Shown here one piece after another: positions 10,239-18,166 of a stretch of 64,000 nucleotides of DNA. The DNA lies in NCBI GenBank assembly GCA_004375715.1, contig SOKP01000253.1:16573-80572 (forward strand), in the 5' to 3' direction. How positions within the stretch are numbered: position 1 is the stretch's first letter; every line of letters starts with the position of its first letter. This DNA comes from Promethearchaeota archaeon (GTDB taxonomy: Archaea > Asgardarchaeota > Lokiarchaeia > Sigyniarchaeales > SOKP01). Under the pieces are notes generated by a model, which saw nothing but the letters and a program-made list of their open reading frames with translations, searched no databases and was not told where the DNA came from. The translations under genes and the position numbers were made by a program.

Positions 10239-11681
10239 TTATATATTTCTCTTTCTTTTCCAATCAGCATTGTCGCTCGTCCTTAAGTACCACCTAAGTA
10301 ATTGCTCTTTGAGATCAGTTTTTACCTTATCGTAAGCATAGATATCGATAAGGTTGCTCGCTTCGTTAGGATCGTACATAAGATCGTACAACTCTTCTTT
10401 TCCCTGATCACGAATAATGAGTTTCCATAATTTAGTCCTTATCATTGCAGAACGTGCAACAGTAGAGCTATCTTCTTTAGGTATATTCGTTTTATCGTAA
10501 TAAATTCCGATTCCTGGTAGTTCTGGACTCGTGATAACGGGTTCAAAACATTGTGGTTCGCGAGGATTATAACCTCCTTCTGCAAAGACCGCATTCCTGA
10601 TTTTTGTTAAATGACCTTGGAGAAAAGGGATTAAATTCTTACCAAAATGAGTATATTGAGTGTTAATTTGAGCGATGTGTAAGATCGTTGGAAAAATATC
10701 AATAGACTGGACGAGTTGGTCGTAAATCACATTTTTTCGTTCAATGCTTGGAATTTTTAGAATTAAGGGGATGTTAAGTAAACAATCTTGGAATGCGGTC
10801 GGCCATTTCTCTGTTAAACCATAATCCCCAAGAAAATCTCCATGGTCTGCAAAAAAGGCTATTACACTATTTTTGTAAGCCCCGTTTTCTTTTAATTGGT
10901 TTATTATCAAACCAAATTGGTGATCTACTCGAGAAACCATTCCATAATAAGTAGCAATAATTTCTTTAAAATCATCTTTATCCAAATTGTTCAAACCGTA
11001 CTTTTCATGAAATAAGCGCATAAATTCTGGCTTGTCATCCAATTTGGGCGGAATTGGTGCAGGTACTAAGTTTCGATCGTACATAGAAAAGTATGGTTCC
11101 TCAACCGTGTAAGGCGGATGAGGAAAGCTCAAGGCTATGTATAGGCAAAAGGGGTTCTTAAGATCTGAATTTAAATAGTCAACTGCCTTTTGAATAACAT
11201 GATAATCACTATCTTTTGATTCCTCTAGTGTTCTCTCACCATAATAAAAAGATTTTCTCAAAGGATGCTCTAAGGGATAGGGATTAGTTTTCCAAGCACC
11301 CATTTTCGTTCTTAACCTTTTCGTTACGCTTTGTTTAATAGCGTCTTTTCCAAAAAGATCGTTTCTTCCTACCCAAACGACCTCATATCCTTTGTCTTTT
11401 AAAAGTTTAAACAAATTATCTTCATGGGGTTGTAGCAATTGATAAAGACTTCTATGATTGTTGGAATGAACATATTGACCCGTAAACGTACAACATCTCG
11501 ATGGCCCACAGACAGGATTAACAGTGAAACAGTTCCTAAAAGCAACACCGTCTTTTGCAAATTGGTCAATATTTGGTGTTTCTATTATAGGGTTTATCTT
11601 ACCATTAAGAGAAACGCAGTCTCCTCTAAGTTCGTCAGCCACAAAAAATATGATATTTGGAAGAGATTTCTCGTATTCCAT
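10239..11681 (-). CDS. Type I sulfatase (formylglycine-dependent, Cys-type), apparently cytoplasmic
   Basis: PNIIFFVADELRGD metal-site N-terminus and the C-x-P-x-R core VCGPSRCCTFTGQY. 480 aa. It starts MEYEKSLPNII with no signal peptide or TM segment. Confidence 0.85.
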   Translation of the reverse strand: MEYEKSLPNIIFFVADELRGDCVSLNGKINPIIETPNIDQFAKDGVAFRNCFTVNPVCGPSRCCTFTGQYVHSNNHRSLYQLLQPHEDNLFKLLKDKGYEVVWVGRNDLFGKDAIKQSVTKRLRTKMGAWKTNPYPLEHPLRKSFYYGERTLEESKDSDYHVIQKAVDYLNSDLKNPFCLYIALSFPHPPYTVEEPYFSMYDRNLVPAPIPPKLDDKPEFMRLFHEKYGLNNLDKDDFKEIIATYYGMVSRVDHQFGLIINQLKENGAYKNSVIAFFADHGDFLGDYGLTEKWPTAFQDCLLNIPLILKIPSIERKNVIYDQLVQSIDIFPTILHIAQINTQYTHFGKNLIPFLQGHLTKIRNAVFAEGGYNPREPQCFEPVITSPELPGIGIYYDKTNIPKEDSSTVARSAMIRTKLWKLIIRDQGKEELYDLMYDPNEASNLIDIYAYDKVKTDLKEQLLRWYLRTSDNADWKRKRNI

Positions 11682-11813
11682 AATTAACTCAATATCATTA
11701 AGAGTTTAAAAATTTAATAATTAAGAAATGAATAACTATAGTAAAAGCAGTACTTTTACACGATCATAGTGGTTAAAAATCAAATAGAATAGCTATTAAA
11801 TGGTGTTAAAATC

Positions 11814-12974
11814 ATGAATTCGAGAGAGAGGGTAAATGTTACATTAAACCATAAAGAACCGGACAAAGTTCCGATTGATTTAGGGGGTAATCAATCAAGT
11901 ATCCACATCATAGCTTACAAAAAATTGCTTGAATACCTCGAAATTAAAGACAATAACATACAGTACGCAGATTTCGTTCAACAGATTGTGGCACCTTGCG
12001 AAGAAATTTTAGAAAGATTCCAAATTGATGTAAGATACATCCAACCTTTAGGAGGAATGATTAATGTTCAAGACATGAAACCAGAAGTCGAACAAAAATA
12101 TTTAGGCCAATACGACCAATTTGGCGTGTTTTGGGGAAATGACGCAAAAAAAAAGATAACTGATATTTTATATTACGATCCTGTTATTCATCCTTTTGCA
12201 GATTTTGACTCGGTAAGTGATGTAAAGAATTACGATTGGCCAGATGGGCTAGATAAAACTCCTTTTATTGGCTTGAAAGATTACGCAAGAAAATTACGCG
12301 AAAAAACAGATTTTGCCTTATCAACGCCTCCAGTGGGTTGCGTTTACGAATATTGCACTTTCTTATTCGGATTCACCAAAACACTAAGATATTTGAAGAC
12401 TAAACCAGAAATCATAGTTTCAGCTATGGAAGAGCTTTTAAAATATTGGACTAATTATGTTTCAACATTTCTAGACGAAGTAGGGAGCTATTTAGACGTA
12501 GTATGTATTAATGGTGACCTCGCAGAGCAAGCAGGACCCATTATGAGCGTTAAACTTTACGAGAACATGATTAAACCATTAGAACGGAAACTATCAGACA
12601 GGATCCATGAACTAGTAGATGCTAAAATAAACTACCATTCGTGTGGTGCAATCTCACAATTTATCCCTCACTTCGCAGAAATAGGATATGATATCGTTAA
12701 TCCAGTTCAAATCAGCGCTTATGATATGGAACCATGTTCTCTGAAAAAAAGATTTGGGAGTACAATGTCGTTCTGGGGAGGCTTATGTAACTCACAAAAA
12801 ACTTTACCCTTTGGAACTCCTGAACAAGTTAGAGAAGAAGTCAGAAGAAACTTCGAATGTTTGAAACCTGGAGGAGGTTTTGTAGCGTCTAACATTCATA
12901 ACATCACAGCTGAAGTCCCACCTCAAAATATAGTAGCAATGTTTGATGCAGCTAATGAGTTCGGAAATTATTAA
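11814..12974 (+). CDS. URO-D / MtaA-CmuA family protein with an H-x-C motif
   Basis: N-terminus MNSRERVNVTLNHKEPDKVPID. INYHSCGAISQF (H-x-C-G) plus a distal Cys (WGGLCNSQ) resemble the zinc site of corrinoid methyltransferases of this family. Confidence 0.7.
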   Translation: MNSRERVNVTLNHKEPDKVPIDLGGNQSSIHIIAYKKLLEYLEIKDNNIQYADFVQQIVAPCEEILERFQIDVRYIQPLGGMINVQDMKPEVEQKYLGQYDQFGVFWGNDAKKKITDILYYDPVIHPFADFDSVSDVKNYDWPDGLDKTPFIGLKDYARKLREKTDFALSTPPVGCVYEYCTFLFGFTKTLRYLKTKPEIIVSAMEELLKYWTNYVSTFLDEVGSYLDVVCINGDLAEQAGPIMSVKLYENMIKPLERKLSDRIHELVDAKINYHSCGAISQFIPHFAEIGYDIVNPVQISAYDMEPCSLKKRFGSTMSFWGGLCNSQKTLPFGTPEQVREEVRRNFECLKPGGGFVASNIHNITAEVPPQNIVAMFDAANEFGNY

Positions 12975-13018
12975 TAGAAGCTTTTTAAGCTAATAATTAA
13001 TTTCAATACAATAGAGTT

Positions 13019-13876
13019 ATGCAGTATAAAATTTTTGATGCACACCTTCATACATATGGCACTTTTCTCGCAAAAGATGACGATCTCATCTCATATTTGG
13101 ATAGACATAACGTCGAAAAGGCAATAATAACTACCGTCAATAGAGCAGCGAGTTCTAAAATTTACGCTAATGATGATAATGGAACCGGAGAAGAGGTGTC
13201 CGATGAAAATCGTGTTAAAAAAGCTTTTGAAAATTTGAGAAAAATGATGCCTAAAGATCAATTGGATCACCAAGATGTTATTAATATCTCAAATTTAGCT
13301 CCTGAAAGATTTGTTAAGTTCTTTTGGTTCAATCCTAAAATTGATCGGGATGATGTAGATAAAAATTATAGGATATTAGAAAACCATTTTAAGATGGGAT
13401 TTCATGGAGTAAAAATCCATTCCGGAATTCATCTAATTAAAATTCCGAGAGATATTATGTCTTTAGCTTCTTTCATGCAAGAATATAACAAGAACATTCC
13501 TTTATATATTCACTTCACACCGAAATTTTCAGTTTTTGGAGGGATTTCCTCGAAAGATCTTGCAAAATTAGCTCAAAGTTTTCCAAACTTAACTATCATT
13601 TTGGGGCATGCAGGATTAGCCATGGAGTTTGCTATCGATTTTGGATTGAGCTTAAAACAATACAAAAACATCTACTTTGAAACCTCATGTTCAATACCAT
13701 ACGCAATATTATCCTTAGTTAAGATGATTGGTCACAAAAGGCTTCTATTTGGCTCAGATGCGCCCGTCACGAATCCTCTTCAGCTTGAAATAGAAAAAAT
13801 AATGTGTTTGCCAATTAGGAGTGACCAAAAGCAAGATATTTTCTATAACAATACTAACAAGTTATTTTTAAATTAA
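13019..13876 (+). CDS. Amidohydrolase-2-like TIM-barrel metal-dependent hydrolase/decarboxylase
   Basis: IFDAHLHTYG (H-x-H), HGVKIHSG, ILGHAG and LFGSDAP are spaced as in the amidohydrolase superfamily. It starts 44 nt after the URO-D-like gene. Confidence 0.6.
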   Translation: MQYKIFDAHLHTYGTFLAKDDDLISYLDRHNVEKAIITTVNRAASSKIYANDDNGTGEEVSDENRVKKAFENLRKMMPKDQLDHQDVINISNLAPERFVKFFWFNPKIDRDDVDKNYRILENHFKMGFHGVKIHSGIHLIKIPRDIMSLASFMQEYNKNIPLYIHFTPKFSVFGGISSKDLAKLAQSFPNLTIILGHAGLAMEFAIDFGLSLKQYKNIYFETSCSIPYAILSLVKMIGHKRLLFGSDAPVTNPLQLEIEKIMCLPIRSDQKQDIFYNNTNKLFLN

Positions 13877-14088
13877 TGATACGAGTATTCACTAATTTTA
13901 TTTTTTTTAAGTAATCTTTCAGAAATTCTTCGGATTTTCGATCTATATTAATCAATTAATTAATACTTACTTGAATTTAATTGTCAAAAAATTACTAAAG
14001 GATTTAGTCAATTATTTTTGTTTTAATAATACATTATTTAAAGGTAATTGTGTAATTTAAAACTATACTTAAGATCAAATTATATCGA

Positions 14089-14643
14089 GTGTATACTGTG
14101 AAATATTTAGGGGATGATATCAACAACACAGATAATCCTAATTGGGATGTCATTGAAGTTTCAAAAGTTAACGACAAAATAATTATGAAGCTTTTAAATT
14201 ATCTGAAATATGATGTATCGGAAAAATTCTTTATTTCTTTTGAAAGTCTTTTGAAGTTGGGGAATAGAGTCCCAGAAGCAACGATCAGAAATATTGTTGA
14301 AGAATTGGACCACTCTCACGATTTTAAAAAAGAATTATTTCAGTTTATTCTCAATTTTATAAACAACGAAGCTGTGGAATATCATTTACTACCACAAATA
14401 TATAGTCCTGATTTTATCGTTAGAGCTCGAGCTATAATGAAAATTAAAGAGAATGACGATGTAAGATATATGAAATTCCTACTTCCTTTATTAGACGACC
14501 CAGATGATTCGGTAAGATGGAGTGTCATTAAATTTTTATCAAAACATGTCAAAAATCCCATAATTTATTCTGAATTGAAGAATCATTTAAATAAAGAGTT
14601 AAATCCGATTATATACGATAATCTAAAAGAAATTTTTGAGTAA
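14089..14643 (+). CDS. HEAT-repeat protein
   Basis: 184 aa, helical, with PBS-lyase-type HEAT units (LLPLLDDPDDSVRWSVIKFLSKH; SPDFIVRARAIMKI). GTG start, so the exact 5' end is uncertain. Confidence 0.45.
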   Translation: MYTVKYLGDDINNTDNPNWDVIEVSKVNDKIIMKLLNYLKYDVSEKFFISFESLLKLGNRVPEATIRNIVEELDHSHDFKKELFQFILNFINNEAVEYHLLPQIYSPDFIVRARAIMKIKENDDVRYMKFLLPLLDDPDDSVRWSVIKFLSKHVKNPIIYSELKNHLNKELNPIIYDNLKEIFE

Positions 14644-14852
14644 GATTAAAGCTTTTATAAATGATTCTTACTTCTTCCCTTTAATTTGTTCTTTTATATC
14701 TCATTTTAAACAAAAAGTAAAGAATTAAAAACACCATTTTTAATTATATATATAAATAGGTTTAACGACCCAAAATATGAAATTTTTAATAAAATCTAAC
14801 CATCACTTAAATTTAATTAATGTGGTTGATGGCATAAAAAAAGTTTACAAAG

Positions 14853-15392
14853 GTGTTTAAGATATCGTCATATGACTATACATTTAAAATTTTACTGCTC
14901 GGAGACGCATCTGTTGGTAAGACTTCTTTCACTAAACGATATTGTTACAATGTCTTTAATCCCAGCGAGCGATTAACTATTGGAGTTGATTTTCATGTTA
15001 AAACGATTGAGTTACAGGGAAAAAAGATAAAACTCCAAATCTGGGATGTTGGAGGCGAGGAACGTTTCAGGTTTTTATTACCAACATATTGTTTAGGTGC
15101 GAACGCTGCATTTCTACTATACGATGTGACACGGACTCAAACTCTTGACAATATCAGTGAATGGACAAATATTGTTCACCAGAAAGGCGGACTTATACCA
15201 ATTATGCTTGTTGGGTCTAAAATCGATCTTACCGATACTCCACGTGAAGTTTCGCGAGAATACGGGATACAAATTGCCGAAAAGAATAATATGGCATCAT
15301 TTGGTGAAATATCCAGCAAAACTGGTCAAAATGTAAATAAAACATTTGAGGTTTTAACAGAGCTGACATTAGAAAAAATTGTAAATAGGTAA
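14853..15392 (+). CDS. Rab-like small GTPase (Ras superfamily, eukaryotic-signature type)
   Basis: YDYTFKILLLGDASVGKT (G1), TIGVDF (switch I / RabF1), KLQIWDVGGEERFRF (G3 / RabF2-3), LLYDVT (RabF5), VGSKIDL (G4 variant), EISSKTG (G5). 179 aa with no C-terminal Cys. GTG start. Confidence 0.9.
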   Translation: MFKISSYDYTFKILLLGDASVGKTSFTKRYCYNVFNPSERLTIGVDFHVKTIELQGKKIKLQIWDVGGEERFRFLLPTYCLGANAAFLLYDVTRTQTLDNISEWTNIVHQKGGLIPIMLVGSKIDLTDTPREVSREYGIQIAEKNNMASFGEISSKTGQNVNKTFEVLTELTLEKIVNR

Positions 15393-15404
15393 ATAGGTGA
15401 TTGC

Positions 15405-16367
15405 ATGTCTGACCGTGAATTTTTAGCTCTCAGTTCTCTATTCGATGCAATAGGAATTATTGAAAAAGGCATTGAGAAAATATACCACTATTTACTTACA
15501 CATAAGAGAATTGACAACTTGACTGAAGTCAGCACGCAATTCAATTTGACCTTAAAAAGAGGATATAAAATTTGTGCGGTTTTGAACGATTTGGGATTAG
15601 TTCAAATATACGATCGCCCCATGAAAATTCACTTAACAACTCCACCTATATCCATATGGCAAACTATTCTTAACGAAAGAATTGAAGAATTGTCTCAACT
15701 GTTCCAAGAAAAAAAAGAGGAGGCAGAAAATGCGCTATCAGATTTTATTCAAAATTATAATTTGAGTGAACAGATAACTCAAGAGTTCGTAGAGTTCGTT
15801 AATTATAACCTAAAAAATATTGGAGAGACTTATCACTCATTTTTAGCCGAAAAAGAATGTAAAATTGCCATAGGAATCAGGTATGAAAACCAATTTAGTT
15901 CAGTTATTAAAAAATACGGGATTTCTAGTATTCCTGAAGATTTAAGTGAATCTATGCAATCGGGTATAACGAAAATTAAAGAAAACCTAATCAATATTGA
16001 TATCCAAGTAATCTTTAGCACGGAAGTAATAAAGGAATTATTAACTAGTGAAGAATTTCAACTGGTTTCCAATTATCTCAAACAATACGATTTATTTTTT
16101 AAAAATATCTCTGTTCGTGTTACAGAAGAGGATTTCAGTAATTTTAATTTAACGGATAGTGAATTGGTTCAACCAAGTTTTGATCCGACTAATAAATTGA
16201 TAGGAGCTTACATATCACGAAATACTAATATTTATCAAATTTTCAATGACAAATTTAGCGAATTGTACGAAAAAGGTATTCCATTAACACAATTTCTAAA
16301 AGAACAGAGCGATCTTAAAGAAGAATCTTATTCTAAAACGCAATTGTTTGGTTTGTGTTTGCTATAA
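15405..16367 (+). CDS. TrmB-like winged-helix protein (putative transcription regulator)
   Basis: It starts 12 nt after the GTPase stop, with GGTGA 4 nt upstream of the ATG. The N-terminus IGIIEKGIEKIYHYLLTHKRIDNLTEVSTQFNLTLKRGYKICAVLNDLGLVQIY follows the TrmB wHTH pattern. The C-terminal ~200 aa have an alternating alpha/beta pattern. The call is by pattern only. Confidence 0.5.
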   Translation: MSDREFLALSSLFDAIGIIEKGIEKIYHYLLTHKRIDNLTEVSTQFNLTLKRGYKICAVLNDLGLVQIYDRPMKIHLTTPPISIWQTILNERIEELSQLFQEKKEEAENALSDFIQNYNLSEQITQEFVEFVNYNLKNIGETYHSFLAEKECKIAIGIRYENQFSSVIKKYGISSIPEDLSESMQSGITKIKENLINIDIQVIFSTEVIKELLTSEEFQLVSNYLKQYDLFFKNISVRVTEEDFSNFNLTDSELVQPSFDPTNKLIGAYISRNTNIYQIFNDKFSELYEKGIPLTQFLKEQSDLKEESYSKTQLFGLCLL

Positions 16368-16428
16368 AAAAGAAATTATAAATTTCTTATATCAAAAATA
16401 AAAATAAAAAAAAATAGTTTAGAAATTC

Positions 16429-16887
16429 TTAATCATATCTTTTATATGTGAAAAGTAACCACAAAAATCCAAGTATCCCAACAATGAAGGCAACCAAAAC
16501 TATATAATTTGGCCAGTAACCAAGATCAAAGGGTGTACCAGATACCCATCCTATAACTGAGCTTACTCCAGTAAGTGCCATGAGAGAAAGAACTACTAAA
16601 CCTATTCCCATAGCATATTCTTCTTCTCTGAACATACCAATTCCCGCTACAAGACACCAGAACCCTAATGCTATTGAAATTAAACCTTGACTTCCGAAAA
16701 GTGTAAGAGCTGCCTCAAAATCAGTACTAGATGTGAAATCACTTAACCAAGAAGGAACCAAGCCTGGGATATTTGCCCAAGCCAAGAAGTCCATCACGCC
16801 TTTAAACAAGAAAAGTAGTCCTAGTACAATCATTAAAATGTTTAAAAGTTCGTTCGAATCTTTCTTCTTTACTTTTTTTTCACTCAT
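16429..16887 (-). CDS. Small integral membrane protein (about 4 TM helices), function unknown
   Basis: 152 aa with a Lys-rich N-terminus followed by four long hydrophobic segments. I recognise no family. Confidence 0.5.
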   Translation of the reverse strand: MSEKKVKKKDSNELLNILMIVLGLLFLFKGVMDFLAWANIPGLVPSWLSDFTSSTDFEAALTLFGSQGLISIALGFWCLVAGIGMFREEEYAMGIGLVVLSLMALTGVSSVIGWVSGTPFDLGYWPNYIVLVAFIVGILGFLWLLFTYKRYD

Positions 16888-17088
16888 TTTCTACTAAACC
16901 TTTTTATTTTTAATTAAAATTAGATGTTGAGTATGAAAATAACTTCTCAGATATATAAATTTAATTTATTGAGATTATAAATCTAATAATGAGTTCTTGC
17001 ATAATTCATTAGGATTAATTAAGTAAAATTATTTAAATTTTAAAGACAATTTAGTGTAAACTATTTAATTTCTCAGTTTTAGTTTAAA

Positions 17089-18075
17089 ATGGAAAAGTTC
17101 TTATCGCCAGAAACCATATTCTCTAACTTGAAAAATAAAGAAATTGATCGAAATATCGCTTATGATCAATTAATTTCTTTAATTGAAGGGAGCAATAATC
17201 CAAAAATTCGCTCTGAATCAATTTCCATTTTGAATCAACTAAAAATTCCCGATCCAAAGCTTTTCAAAATCATAGAAAGCTCAGTTTTATCAGATGAAAG
17301 TCCATATGTTAGAAGGTCTGCCGTAAACCTAATTGGTCATCAATTTTTAAAAGAAGGTTTAGACACGCTAACATGGGTGATCCAACATGAAAAATCACCA
17401 CTTGTAGTAAAAACAATTTTTGATCTGAACTTAGAACCTACTGACACGCGATTTAAATCACTGAATAAAGAGTTAACTGACTATTTAGCGAAAATTGCGT
17501 TAGAGTTAGGTATTATATCAAACGAGGCAAAGTTTATTTTAGATTTAGAAGCTAACTTCGCCCAAAACGAGGAGAATTCCGTCCTAGAGTTAAAATCATA
17601 TCAATTTTATGAAAAACTTAAAGATGTTAAACTTGGAGAATTTTGGTTAACAATAAAAGATAAACACATTGAGTCCTTAAGCTTTAATTATTTTAATTGG
17701 AGATACATGAAACGAAATCCTGGTCTATTTAATTCAATATCGAATTTACAGGATCCAATTGTATACTTAAATTTATTAGGAAAAATCCATTCAACTCATA
17801 ATAATAATTTCAGAATTCCTGAATCAATTTCACTACTTACAAAACTCAGAAAATTGAATCTAAGCAAAAATAACATTATTAAATTACCAAAATCTATGTT
17901 TTTGCTTACTAGCCTTAAATATTTAGATTTAAGTAATAACATGCTGGATGAAATACCCAAAGAAATTACGAATTTAAAATCTTTAACTACTTTAAGAATT
18001 CAAAATAATCAAATCAGTAAAATTCCTACAACCGTAAAAACCTATTTAGATAAGCTTAGCAATTATAAGATTTAG
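17089..18075 (+). CDS. HEAT-repeat plus leucine-rich-repeat (LRR) protein
   Basis: N-terminal HEAT units (NNPKIRSESISILNQL; LSDESPYVRRSAVNLIGHQF). C-terminal 23-residue LRRs (LTKLRKLNLSKNNIIKLPKSMFL / LTSLKYLDLSNNMLDEIPKEITN / LKSLTTLRIQNNQISKIPTTV). Confidence 0.75.
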   Translation: MEKFLSPETIFSNLKNKEIDRNIAYDQLISLIEGSNNPKIRSESISILNQLKIPDPKLFKIIESSVLSDESPYVRRSAVNLIGHQFLKEGLDTLTWVIQHEKSPLVVKTIFDLNLEPTDTRFKSLNKELTDYLAKIALELGIISNEAKFILDLEANFAQNEENSVLELKSYQFYEKLKDVKLGEFWLTIKDKHIESLSFNYFNWRYMKRNPGLFNSISNLQDPIVYLNLLGKIHSTHNNNFRIPESISLLTKLRKLNLSKNNIIKLPKSMFLLTSLKYLDLSNNMLDEIPKEITNLKSLTTLRIQNNQISKIPTTVKTYLDKLSNYKI

Positions 18076-18166
18076 ACCACTTTACATTTTTGTTAAAGGT
18101 AATTATTTAAGCAATAAAAATCAATTCTAATATCAATATTACAATTTAAGATGAAGGTGTAAAAAT

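Noticed and set aside
14853-18075. A split ROCO (LRR-Roc-COR, LRRK2-like) system: LRR protein, GTPase, and the downstream 320-aa ORF acting as a COR domain.
   Set aside because: The GTPase carries Rab-family motifs (YDY.FK, IGVDF, KLQIWD, LLYDVT) rather than Roc-type features. The downstream ORF looks like TrmB (wHTH plus effector domain) rather than COR. The LRR gene is separated from the GTPase by two genes, one on the opposite strand. I keep it only as an alternative to test by structure prediction.
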